DNA of 64,000 bases, from NCBI GenBank assembly GCA_041488275.1, contig JBGPOY010000005.1, forward strand, positions 20,386 through 84,385. Direction: 5' to 3'. Position 1 is the first letter of the stretch. Every line of letters begins with the position of its first letter. The notes beneath the pieces are model-generated. The model made no database searches, had not been told where the DNA came from, and was given only the letters and a program-made list of their open reading frames with translations. The stretch comes from Candidatus Nanoarchaeia archaeon. GTDB lineage: Archaea; Nanobdellota; Nanobdellia; Woesearchaeales; ARS49. Of the stretch, positions 1 to 8,014 are shown one piece after another. The position numbers and the translations under genes are program-made.

Positions 1-135
1 ACCGCATCTGCGGCAGCGGATGGTCGTCTGGCCCGTGGTGCGCGTCTTCGGCTTGTTGTGCTTGATGTATTTCTGCATCTTGGTGGGCTTCGCCTTCAGC
101 TGCTTGAATGCCTTTTGCCAGTCGCTCGTGGTCAT
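1..135 (-). CDS. rps14: 30S ribosomal protein S14 (uS14), runs off the window edge
   Basis: ATG at 135 overlaps L5 stop; MTTSDWQKAFKQLKAKP...IRCRRCG Zn motif; expected operon position. Confidence 0.9.
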   Translation of the reverse strand, partial: MTTSDWQKAFKQLKAKPTKMQKYIKHNKPKTRTTGQTTIRCRRCG

Positions 136-650
136 CAGCTTTCACCTGTCAGTTTAACGCCGAAATGATGTTTCATGAACGTGATTGCCTCGGTCTTCGT
201 GACGCGGTGGGCTTTGCCGATGTCCGCGCGGTGGAGGCTGCGCCGCTTGACGCGGTAGCCGGGCTTTTCGAGCGTGATGCACGCCTGCATGCCGAGCACG
301 CCGATGGCGGGGTCGTACTGCGCGCCTTCGATGTCGATGTGTTCCGGAATGCCGAACGAGACGGTGCCGTTCGTGTCGAAGTTGCCGTCCTTGAGCGTGA
401 AGTCCTTTGCCTTGAGCAGGCGCTTGAGCATTTGCTGCGCAGAATGTCTGCGGAGCGTGAGCATGCAGCCGACCGGAAGTCCCGGGCGCAAGCCCCAGGC
501 GGGGATGCGCTTCTGCGTGATAGTCTTGACCGGGTCGATGCCGGTGAGCGACTTGAGCACGAGGACTGCCTTGTCGAGCTTTGCCTGCTCTTTGCCCGCT
601 CCAATGTTGAGCGTGAGCTTCTCAATCCGCGGCTGTTGCATCGGGTTCAT
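135..650 (-). CDS. rpl5: 50S ribosomal protein L5 (uL5)
   Basis: MNPMQQPRIEKLTLNIG, SFGIPEHID motifs. Confidence 0.97.
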   Translation of the reverse strand: MNPMQQPRIEKLTLNIGAGKEQAKLDKAVLVLKSLTGIDPVKTITQKRIPAWGLRPGLPVGCMLTLRRHSAQQMLKRLLKAKDFTLKDGNFDTNGTVSFGIPEHIDIEGAQYDPAIGVLGMQACITLEKPGYRVKRRSLHRADIGKAHRVTKTEAITFMKHHFGVKLTGES

Positions 651-653
651 GGT

Positions 654-1310
654 TTAGGGAATAACGTACGTGTTTTCTTTCTGCGTGTCGGACGCGACGG
701 TATCAATGGTGAACTTGACGGCGTTGCCGTCGATGGTGCTGACGCGTGCGGTCTTGCCGACATAGCGTCCCGCGGTGATGAGGATGTTCGCGCCGGGTTC
801 GAGCTTCAGGTGCTTGATGATTTTCTGGCTCGGCACTTCGACGATGAGCGTGTCTCCAACCTTGCACGCCTTGTCGGTCTGGACGTTGCGTCCGTCGATG
901 AGGTTGATTTGGAGTTTGCCGCCGGGCAGCATGGTTTTGCCCGTGACGCGCAACGGTTTGTGGTGCAGGTCTTTGTCTGCTGCGTTGAACATCAGGCGTC
1001 CCTTGAGGTCGATGCCGACGCGGTGGTGCTGCTTGAGGTCCGGAATCTCGACGGTGTCGAACAAGCCGACCGGAAAGCGGTGGTCCTTGACGCGGCGTCC
1101 GTCGACCAGGATGTGCTTGGCGAGCAGGATTTTCTTGACTTCGCGGCTCGTTTTCGCGAGACCGAGCTGTTCCATGACCAATCCGAGCGGAAGCGCGCGC
1201 TCCAACGGGTGCGCTCCCGGGTTGGGCTTACTGATGAACGTGCGTGCCTTACGGTTGATGAGCCACGATCTCGGAGCTGCGTACCGCTTGAGGTATTCGC
1301 TGTTACTCAT
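654..1310 (-). CDS. rps4e: 30S ribosomal protein S4e
   Basis: LKRYAAPRSW, PGAH, VDGRRVKDHRFPVGLFD. Confidence 0.97.
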   Translation of the reverse strand: MSNSEYLKRYAAPRSWLINRKARTFISKPNPGAHPLERALPLGLVMEQLGLAKTSREVKKILLAKHILVDGRRVKDHRFPVGLFDTVEIPDLKQHHRVGIDLKGRLMFNAADKDLHHKPLRVTGKTMLPGGKLQINLIDGRNVQTDKACKVGDTLIVEVPSQKIIKHLKLEPGANILITAGRYVGKTARVSTIDGNAVKFTIDTVASDTQKENTYVIP

Positions 1311-1684
1311 TGCTTCTCCGCGCCGAACCGGCGCTTGTCTTGGTGAACTTCGGTGATGAGGAGGTTGCTCGGGTGAACCGGGTACTGCGTCTTTCCGCCG
1401 TCTTTCTTGGTGAGCTCGATGCCCGCGATATACACACGGCAGCTCTTGACGTCGACGATTTCGACCTTGCCCGACTTCTTGCGGAACTGTCCGCGCATGA
1501 CGGTGACTTTGTCGCCGACACGGACCGTGAGGCTGCGCTGCTTGTGCTTCTTGCTGAGCTCTTCGCTGAGGTGCGACGCGAGCAGCGTTTGCTTGACGTG
1601 CAGCGGGGCTTCGCGTGCGTACGCGCGCTGCTTGCGCGGTTTCACGCTTCCCTTCCAGTGTTTGCTCCAGTTGTTGGTGACCAT
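1307..1684 (-). CDS. rpl24: 50S ribosomal protein L24 (uL24)
   Basis: KPRKQR, APLH, GDKVTVMRG KOW motif, VHPSNL. Confidence 0.97.
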   Translation of the reverse strand: MVTNNWSKHWKGSVKPRKQRAYAREAPLHVKQTLLASHLSEELSKKHKQRSLTVRVGDKVTVMRGQFRKKSGKVEIVDVKSCRVYIAGIELTKKDGGKTQYPVHPSNLLITEVHQDKRRFGAEKQ

Positions 1685-1685
1685 G

Positions 1686-2087
1686 TTACAAAATGATGCT
1701 TGCGAGCTTGCTGAGCATCGGCCAGCGCTCGGCGATTTCTTTCGCGATGGGGCCCTTAATCATCGTGCCCTTGGGGTTGCCGTCTTTGTCTTTCAAGACC
1801 GCACAGGCGTTGTCCTCGAACTTGATGCGCGTGCCGTCCAGTCGGCGGAATTCGCGGCGTTGGCGGACGAGGACCGCGTACACGACGGTCTTGCGCATTT
1901 CGGGCTTGCCGCTGACGACGCTGCCCATGAAAATGTCGCAGATGGCTGCAGTCGGGTAGCGTCCCTTGACGGTCTTGTGTCTCAGCACGCTGGTGATCTT
2001 GATGACTTTGGCGCCCGAGTTGTCGCAGACGTCGACCCAGCTTCCGTGGCACAATGCGCGCGTCGCGCGCGCCTTGATGGGCTTCAT
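1686..2087 (-). CDS. rpl14: 50S ribosomal protein L14 (uL14)
   Basis: DNSGAK, FEDNA, KGPIAKE. Confidence 0.97.
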   Translation of the reverse strand: MKPIKARATRALCHGSWVDVCDNSGAKVIKITSVLRHKTVKGRYPTAAICDIFMGSVVSGKPEMRKTVVYAVLVRQRREFRRLDGTRIKFEDNACAVLKDKDGNPKGTMIKGPIAKEIAERWPMLSKLASIIL

Positions 2088-2476
2088 GCCGCCTCCGGCG
2101 TCTTGACTTCTTTCTTCACGGGCATTTTTGCCTCTTGGAACAATTCCTCGCGCGCCATGAACGAGCGGTTCTGGCCGAGGATTTCAGTGATCACGAACGT
2201 CTTGGTCTTGCTGAGCGGGCGGCATTCCTTGATGGTCACGATGTCGCCTTTCTTGGCTTCGAGGCACGAAGGGTTATGCGCCTTGACGCGCGAGCGCGTC
2301 GTCGCGGTGCGCTCGTACTTCTGGATGTAGCGCGTACGCGGCCATTCGACGGTGGCGGTCTTCTGCATCTTGCTTTCGATGACCGTGCCCGTGAACGTGC
2401 GGCCGTGAGTCTTCACACTACCGTGGAGCGCGCAGTGCGCGTCCGTACACGTTTTACCTTTCGTTGCTTCTGCCAT
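2084..2476 (-). CDS. rps17: 30S ribosomal protein S17 (uS17)
   Basis: CTDAHCALHG, ECRPLSKTK. Confidence 0.97.
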   Translation of the reverse strand: MAEATKGKTCTDAHCALHGSVKTHGRTFTGTVIESKMQKTATVEWPRTRYIQKYERTATTRSRVKAHNPSCLEAKKGDIVTIKECRPLSKTKTFVITEILGQNRSFMAREELFQEAKMPVKKEVKTPEAA

Positions 2477-2741
2477 GATGCACCTTGAGTTTGATTCTTT
2501 CCTCGGGCGCGACCTCGATGTCGCGACCGTCGATGTCGACGTCCTTCCCGTTCACCGTGAACCGGAAGACGGCTCCGCTTTTCGGGACGCGTTTGCGTCC
2601 GTTCGGGGTGTCGACCGTCAGGAAGTGCTTGGTCTCGTCGACCACCACTCCGCTGATGCTGTTGAGCGCAGGGTTGTCTGCGCGCACGATGCTCACCGGA
2701 AGCCCGATGAGTTCGCCGCACACCTGCGGTGTTGCCGTCAT
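2454..2741 (-). CDS. rnp1: Ribonuclease P protein component 1 (Rpp29/Pop4)
   Basis: ELIGL, SGVVVDETK, VPKSG, PEERIK; conserved operon position. Confidence 0.92.
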   Translation of the reverse strand: MTATPQVCGELIGLPVSIVRADNPALNSISGVVVDETKHFLTVDTPNGRKRVPKSGAVFRFTVNGKDVDIDGRDIEVAPEERIKLKVHHGRSNER

Positions 2742-3046
2742 TTGACGACAATCATCTCCGGGGCGAACCCGAGTTCGACCAGGATGTCCTTGGCGCGATT
2801 GCGATGGTCGCCTTGGAGCTCAATATTTCCTTCCTTGACTGTTCCGCCGCAGGCGAGTCTCGCCTTGAGCGTGGACGCCAAGTCCTTGATATCGATCTCC
2901 TTGCGATCGATACCCGCCACAACCGTGTAATTTTTCTTGAACTTTTTTTGTTCAAGGCGCACTTCGATGGTTTGCGATTCTTTGGCGATGCTTTCGCACA
3001 CGCACAAATCTTTGGGCAAACCGCACGTTTCGCAAATGTCAGTCAT
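2738..3046 (-). CDS. Translation initiation factor SUI1 (aIF1)
   Basis: CETCGLPKDLCVCE, LACGGT, IELQGDH. Confidence 0.95.
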   Translation of the reverse strand: MTDICETCGLPKDLCVCESIAKESQTIEVRLEQKKFKKNYTVVAGIDRKEIDIKDLASTLKARLACGGTVKEGNIELQGDHRNRAKDILVELGFAPEMIVVK

Positions 3047-3354
3047 TGCTTGACCCGTGCCTCCTGCGTCTTGGTTGTGGATTGCGACTGGTGAGCCGGC
3101 TTTGCCGCCGGTGCTGCGGGCTTCTGCGGAGCTGCCTTCGCTGCGTGGGCCGTTTGCTTCGGGCTGCGCGCGCGTTCACCGCGGAGGGTGAGGATTTGCG
3201 CGAGCGTGCGTTTACTCTGACGGATTTCTCCGGGGTTCTTCGGCGGGGTTCCCGTCGAGACCTGACCGTAGAGCTTCATCAAGGTCTTCCTCAACTCTGC
3301 CTCTTTCGAGACGAGTTCGGATTCACTGAGCAGGCGCAGTTCCTTCGCTTTCAT
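3043..3354 (-). CDS. rpl29: 50S ribosomal protein L29 (uL29) with Ala/Pro/Lys-rich C-terminal tail
   Basis: start reassigned to MKAKELR; NPGEIRQSKRTLAQILT. Confidence 0.92.
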   Translation of the reverse strand: MKAKELRLLSESELVSKEAELRKTLMKLYGQVSTGTPPKNPGEIRQSKRTLAQILTLRGERARSPKQTAHAAKAAPQKPAAPAAKPAHQSQSTTKTQEARVKQ

Positions 3355-4051
3355 TGGTTGATTCCGCGGGCGCCGCGGCGTCCGTCTTCTTCTTGGATGA
3401 GCGTTTCTTGGGAGTCTTCTTTTCTTCGGCGGGCGCGGTCGTGATTTCTGTCGGCGCGGCCTGGACTTCGACATCGTCGGGGAGTTTCAAGCCGGGCGGC
3501 ATGATGCGCACCTGGATTCCGACGGTGCCCGTTTTGAGTTGAGCGCACGCGTATGCCTTGCGCACGCCGGTGATTGCGATTTGTCCGCTCTTCTTCATGT
3601 AGCCGGTGAAGAAGCGCCAGGTCTTTGCGCGGGCGCTGGGGATTTTTCCCGCCATTCTGATTTCGATGCCGAGAGCTCCGGACGCCATGCTGTCCTGCAT
3701 CGCTTTGTGGGCGACGGCCTTGAACTTCTGGATGCCGAAGCGCTCGATGGTGCTTGCAATTCGTTCGGCGACAATCTGCGCGTCAATGTTCGGGTTCTCG
3801 ATTTCGCTGATTTCAATCTGCGGGTTTTCGAGCTCGAACTTTTTCTTGAGTGCGCTGGTGAGCTTCTTGATGTTTTCGCCTTTGCGTCCGACGACGAGTC
3901 CGGGGCGGCTGGCGAAGATGATGATTTTCTCTCCGAGCGGCGTGCGGACCATCTTGGTGCTGCTGTGCCCGACGTTCTTGAGCGTGGCGGACACGAACTC
4001 CAAAATCTGGCGTTCCTTCACGCGTTCCGCGACGAACTTGCGTTCAATCAT
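3323..4051 (-). CDS. rps3: 30S ribosomal protein S3 (uS3)
   Basis: start reassigned to MIERKFV; RTPLG, RPGLVVGRKG KH domain. Confidence 0.96.
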   Translation of the reverse strand: MIERKFVAERVKERQILEFVSATLKNVGHSSTKMVRTPLGEKIIIFASRPGLVVGRKGENIKKLTSALKKKFELENPQIEISEIENPNIDAQIVAERIASTIERFGIQKFKAVAHKAMQDSMASGALGIEIRMAGKIPSARAKTWRFFTGYMKKSGQIAITGVRKAYACAQLKTGTVGIQVRIMPPGLKLPDDVEVQAAPTEITTAPAEEKKTPKKRSSKKKTDAAAPAESTNESEGTAPAQ

Positions 4052-4575
4052 TGTTTCGCCTCGGGAGCGGTTGATTTTGACGGGTGAACGGGAGCTGCTT
4101 TTGCGGCGGGATTTTGTCCGGGTTTTCTTGCGGTCTTGACCGGCTGTTTCTTGACAGCGAGCACGATTTCGATGTGCGTGCGTTTCGCGAATCCGCCCGT
4201 TCTTCCTTGTCCGCGTGCGGTGGGGCCTTGCTGCGCCGCGGCGTGGTGCACGACCAGGTCCGCCGCCGCAAGACCCTTGAACTGAGCGTTTGCTTCGGCG
4301 CTTGCGATGACGGCGAGGACGTGCTTGCACGCCTTCAGGGGGTAACGGCCGACGGCCATGTTGGGTTTGTGGGCGGTTTCCTTGTAATAGACGAACATCG
4401 GGACGGCGCGCTTGAGCGCCATGACGTCGAGCAACGCTTGCTTCGCCTTGACGACGGTCATTCCGTTGACAAAGCGGCACACTTGCGTCGTGATTTTGGT
4501 CGAGACCGGAATGCTGTGGCTGACTGCCTTGGCCATGTCTTTCGTGACGTTGGTCGAGTAGCCGTAGCCGGTCAT
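4048..4575 (-). CDS. rpl22: 50S ribosomal protein L22 (uL22)
   Basis: GRYPLKA, SAEANAQFKGL, THIEIVL. Confidence 0.96.
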   Translation of the reverse strand: MTGYGYSTNVTKDMAKAVSHSIPVSTKITTQVCRFVNGMTVVKAKQALLDVMALKRAVPMFVYYKETAHKPNMAVGRYPLKACKHVLAVIASAEANAQFKGLAAADLVVHHAAAQQGPTARGQGRTGGFAKRTHIEIVLAVKKQPVKTARKPGQNPAAKAAPVHPSKSTAPEAKQ

Positions 4576-4576
4576 T

Positions 4577-4957
4577 TTATCTCACGCTCAATGCCGAGCT
4601 CGAACGCGTTGCTCCGATACCGGGCGCGCTGTGCTGGACTTTCTTGGTGCTGATCGAGAACTCGCCCAGCCGGTGGCCGAGCATGTCTTTCTCGATGGTG
4701 ATGGGGACAAAGTCTTTTCCGTTGTGGATTTTGATGATTTTGCCGACGAACGAGGGCAGGATGACCATGTCGCGGCAGTGCGTCTCGAGCATGGGCTGTC
4801 CGCGCTGGAGGTTCTTGAGGAATATCTTCTGCGCCGCGGTGAACCCGCGCTTGATGGCACGTCGAGAGCGGCTCGGGAGGAGCTTTGCGAAGTCCTCGAT
4901 GCTGAGCTTGGCTACTTCGTCCCAGCTCTTGCCGTAAAACACGAATTCTTTTGCCAT
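4577..4957 (-). CDS. rps19: 30S ribosomal protein S19 (uS19)
   Basis: THCRDMVILP, HNGK, MLGHRLGEF. Confidence 0.97.
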   Translation of the reverse strand: MAKEFVFYGKSWDEVAKLSIEDFAKLLPSRSRRAIKRGFTAAQKIFLKNLQRGQPMLETHCRDMVILPSFVGKIIKIHNGKDFVPITIEKDMLGHRLGEFSISTKKVQHSAPGIGATRSSSALSVR

Positions 4958-4960
4958 GGT

Positions 4961-5671
4961 TTAGCTCTTCCTTCCCGTTCTGCGTGCTGAAATCTTGCCG
5001 ACCTTGCGTCCCGGAGGCGCGTGGCGCGACTGGACCTTGTTCTTGCCCTTTCTGGACGTTCGCTTGTTGCCGAAGGGGTGGTCGACCGCGTTCTGCGCAG
5101 CACCTGACGGGTTGGGCCAGCGCTTGTTGCGATTGCGGCGGTGGTGGTGCATTTTTCCCGCTTTCAGGAACGGCTTCTCGGTGCGTCCGGCGCCTGCGAT
5201 GACGCCGATGATGGCGCGGCATTCCGGGTGGAAAAGGCGTTCCTTCTTGCTGGGGAGCTGCACGACCACGTGCGCGTCTGATTTGGTGATGATGCGGGCG
5301 CACACTCCGGAGGTGCGGCAGAATTTTCCGCCGTCGCCGGGGCGGCTTTCGAGGTTGAACACACCCGTTCCTTCGGGGATGTCTTTGAGTGCGAGGGTAT
5401 TGCCGTTCTTGAGTTCTGCGCCGGGTCCGGCGGTGACGATTTGTCCGACGCTCATGCCCTCGGCGGCTTGGACGAGGACTTTCTGTCCGTTGAAGTTCAC
5501 TTCCGCCAGAGGCGCGAGATGTCCGGGGCACTTGATGAAATCGGTGATCGTTCCGGTCTGGAGCTGCGGCATGAGCTTGACGAGGCGGGCTTCTCCTGCG
5601 TAGGCGAAGCTCTTGGCCCGGTAGTTCGGGCCTCCTTTTCCGCGCGCCTGCTGGATGAGGTTCTTACCCAT
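4961..5671 (-). CDS. rpl2: 50S ribosomal protein L2 (uL2)
   Basis: MGKNLIQQARGKG, NAVDHPFG, ARRTG. Confidence 0.97.
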   Translation of the reverse strand: MGKNLIQQARGKGGPNYRAKSFAYAGEARLVKLMPQLQTGTITDFIKCPGHLAPLAEVNFNGQKVLVQAAEGMSVGQIVTAGPGAELKNGNTLALKDIPEGTGVFNLESRPGDGGKFCRTSGVCARIITKSDAHVVVQLPSKKERLFHPECRAIIGVIAGAGRTEKPFLKAGKMHHHRRNRNKRWPNPSGAAQNAVDHPFGNKRTSRKGKNKVQSRHAPPGRKVGKISARRTGRKS

Positions 5672-5672
5672 G

Positions 5673-5924
5673 TTACATCAGCCCCAAGTTGGTCGCGATG
5701 TCAATCGCGGGGCTTTCTTTTGCGAACGTGACGTATGCGCGCTTCTGTCCGTTGGCGCCGATCGTGGTGCGGACGCGCACGACTTTTGCGGTGAACATTT
5801 TTTCGACGGCTTCTTTGATGTCGAACTTGGTCGAGGATTTATTGACGGCAAACATGAGCGTGTTCGAGGCTTCCATCAAGCGGATGCTTTTTTCCGTTGC
5901 AATCGGGTTATTGATGACGTTCAT
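5673..5924 (-). CDS. rpl23: 50S ribosomal protein L23 (uL23)
   Basis: PIATEKS, IKEAVE, KRAYV. Confidence 0.96.
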   Translation of the reverse strand: MNVINNPIATEKSIRLMEASNTLMFAVNKSSTKFDIKEAVEKMFTAKVVRVRTTIGANGQKRAYVTFAKESPAIDIATNLGLM

Positions 5925-6733
5925 GCGAACAGCTTCTCCTTGTCCATCTTGTCGATGGCGGTGCTGGTGAACAGCGTGAGCCGTCCGGGCACGGTGCCGG
6001 GGGCGAGCAGTTCTGCGTTAAGCTTGTGAACGGAAACGACGTCGACGCCCGCGAGGTTGCGCGCGCTGAACGCGAGCTTGCACGGACCGGAAACGACGAT
6101 GAGCGGACCGACTTTCTTTTGGTAGCGGCGTCCGCGCATTTTGCCCGTGCCGGCGCGAACGTGCTTGACGCTGGCACGCGCGAGTTCTGCGGTGAGGTTG
6201 AGCTTGTCGAGCGCCTGCTCGAATTGCTTGGTGGACTCGATTGCCTCAAAGCTGGCGTCAAGGATGAACGGGTAGTGCTGCGGGAGTCGGTGGCCGTGCT
6301 GCTGCACGAGGAGTTTGTCGACGGTTGCTGCGAGCGCGCTGCGGATTGCCTTGCGGCGTTCCTGAACATTGATGCGCTTGCTCCAAACTTTGGCTGCGCG
6401 AGGCGGCCAGGCGCGGCGTCCGCCGACGGTGCCGGGAGCGAACGCGCCGACCCACATCATGCGGGTGCCGTTTCTGCTCAAGGTCTTGCGGGGAACGCGC
6501 GAGATGCCGTGACCGTACGAGCCCTTGTAGTCGCGTCGTCTGCGCGAGAGTTTCGCGGCCGCTTTCTTGCCCGCGCGGGGGTCGTTGCCGTACGGCTGGC
6601 GGGCGTTTGCCTGCACCACTTCGACGGCGCGCTGGATGAGGTCTCTGCGAATGGGTTCTGCGAACGCCGCGGGCATCTTCTTCTTGCCGACGGTTTCGTT
6701 GTTTTGGTTGAGGATAGAGAGTTCCATGGTCAT
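5921..6733 (-). CDS. rpl4: 50S ribosomal protein L4 (uL4)
   Basis: SYGHGISRVPR, GTVGGRRA, RAGTGKMRGR, LAPG. Confidence 0.97.
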   Translation of the reverse strand: MTMELSILNQNNETVGKKKMPAAFAEPIRRDLIQRAVEVVQANARQPYGNDPRAGKKAAAKLSRRRRDYKGSYGHGISRVPRKTLSRNGTRMMWVGAFAPGTVGGRRAWPPRAAKVWSKRINVQERRKAIRSALAATVDKLLVQQHGHRLPQHYPFILDASFEAIESTKQFEQALDKLNLTAELARASVKHVRAGTGKMRGRRYQKKVGPLIVVSGPCKLAFSARNLAGVDVVSVHKLNAELLAPGTVPGRLTLFTSTAIDKMDKEKLFA

Positions 6734-7704
6734 TGCTTGCTCGCCGTGCTGACATAGGTGATGGCGGGCGCCTGCTTAGGCACTCGATGGTTGGGGCGTA
6801 CCGGCTGCGTGAGCGTGATGAGGCGCTTCACGGGACCGCCGACGCTGCCCTTGACCATAATATAGTGAGAACGAATAATGCCGTAGTGCTTGAACCCGCC
6901 CTTCATGAGGATTTCTGCGGGGTTGGTGCCGATCTTGAGCAGCCACTTGTTGATTTCCGTGCGCAGGTGGAAGCCGTGCTGACCGGCGTGCGCAACCAGC
7001 CAGGAGCGGTTGCCGCGCCACGGACCCAGGCTGCCCGGTCCGCGGATGGTTTTTTGCGATTTGTGGCTTCTGATGTTGACGCCGAAGCGCGCGACCGGGC
7101 CGACGGTGCCGCGTCCGGTGGTGACGCTGTGCACGTCCGTCTGGTTTCCTTCGGCGAACACGTCGCCGACGTTGACGTCTTTGCCGAGGACGCTCTTCGC
7201 GTACGCGAGCTTTTCCTCGAGCTTGCCGCCAATCGCGAGTTCGACCGGGTCGGGCGTCTTCTTCAATCCGATGAGGTGCGGCTGCGTGACCGCGAGCAAT
7301 CGGATGTCGACGATGCCGTCGAGCTTGACGCCGTCGAGCGTTTTCGTGTAATTCTTGGGAACCGGGAACAATCGGTGAACATTTTTGTCGAGAGAATGAG
7401 CGAGAATGACGTTGGCCAACTTGGAACCGCCGTAACCGGCAGCGTAAATGTTGACCGCGGCAATCTTGAGCGGCGGACATTCAATGACCGTCACCGGGAA
7501 AGGGATTTCCTCTCCCTTGGTCATCGAGTTGGCGCGGTTGTCGGCGATGACGACGTGCGTCATACCTGCCTTGTAGCCGGCAAACCCGAGCGGCTTGGCG
7601 TCTTTCGACGCTGCCCACGTGCGCACGCGAGCAGTATGACTAGCCGCGCGCTTGCGCGGCCAGAACTGCATTGATCCTCGACGAGGGTTTCGTACGCGTG
7701 GCAT
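6730..7704 (-). CDS. rpl3: 50S ribosomal protein L3 (uL3)
   Basis: PRRGSMQFWPRKRA, GFAGYKAGMTH, AGQHGFHLRTE. Confidence 0.97.
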   Translation of the reverse strand: MPRVRNPRRGSMQFWPRKRAASHTARVRTWAASKDAKPLGFAGYKAGMTHVVIADNRANSMTKGEEIPFPVTVIECPPLKIAAVNIYAAGYGGSKLANVILAHSLDKNVHRLFPVPKNYTKTLDGVKLDGIVDIRLLAVTQPHLIGLKKTPDPVELAIGGKLEEKLAYAKSVLGKDVNVGDVFAEGNQTDVHSVTTGRGTVGPVARFGVNIRSHKSQKTIRGPGSLGPWRGNRSWLVAHAGQHGFHLRTEINKWLLKIGTNPAEILMKGGFKHYGIIRSHYIMVKGSVGGPVKRLITLTQPVRPNHRVPKQAPAITYVSTASKQ

Positions 7705-7854
7705 ACAATCTCAGTGCGGTAAAACGAGCCTCGAATCCCAGAAGTCAGGTATTGCTCATACTCCGACTGTACTGAAAAGCGGTCTTTTCAGGCTCGTCAG
7801 TGTCCGCGTCTACCGTCGGTAAACGCGCCCACTCTCGAAGGTCACTAGGGGTTG

Positions 7855-7862
7855 TTTATAAA
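7855..7862 (-). promoter_or_regulatory. Putative TATA box of the ribosomal protein operon
   Basis: TTTATAAA about 150 nt upstream of the rpl3 start, in GC-rich context. Confidence 0.6.
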
Positions 7863-7870
7863 TGTTGCTG

Positions 7871-7886
7871 TTCATTTCCACTGGAA
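7871..7886 (-). other. ORB-like (Orc1/Cdc6 recognition box) element
   Basis: minus strand TTCCAGTGGAAATGAA matches the euryarchaeal ORB core; no G-string. Confidence 0.6.
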
Positions 7887-7900
7887 GAAATTGGTTGTTC

Positions 7901-8014
7901 TGTTAAACTACTTAACATTCTTTTTCCTTGAATGTTAGTCTAATTAACAAATATGTGACTCGTAATTGTTAGTCTATTTAACATTCATTCGAGAAAATGT
8001 TAATCTATTTAACT
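7901..8014. repeat. Four phased 17-bp imperfect palindromes TGTTA-N7-TAACA in an AT-rich tract
   Basis: copies start at 7901, 7933, 7967, 7998 (spacing 32/34/31 bp). Confidence 0.9.

Noticed and set aside
3043-4575. Low-complexity tails on L29, S3 and L22 (also the Gln-rich RNase J N-tail)
   Set aside because: Common lineage-variable disordered extensions with no specific signal
108-7674. Long plus-strand ORFs over the ribosomal operon (and similar ones opposite rnj, cysS, valS, radA)
   Set aside because: Antisense shadows caused by high GC3; no motifs, and they fully overlap well-supported genes
7901-8014. Regular repeats as a CRISPR array
   Set aside because: 17-bp degenerate repeats with 14-17 bp gaps are too short, and no cas genes are present
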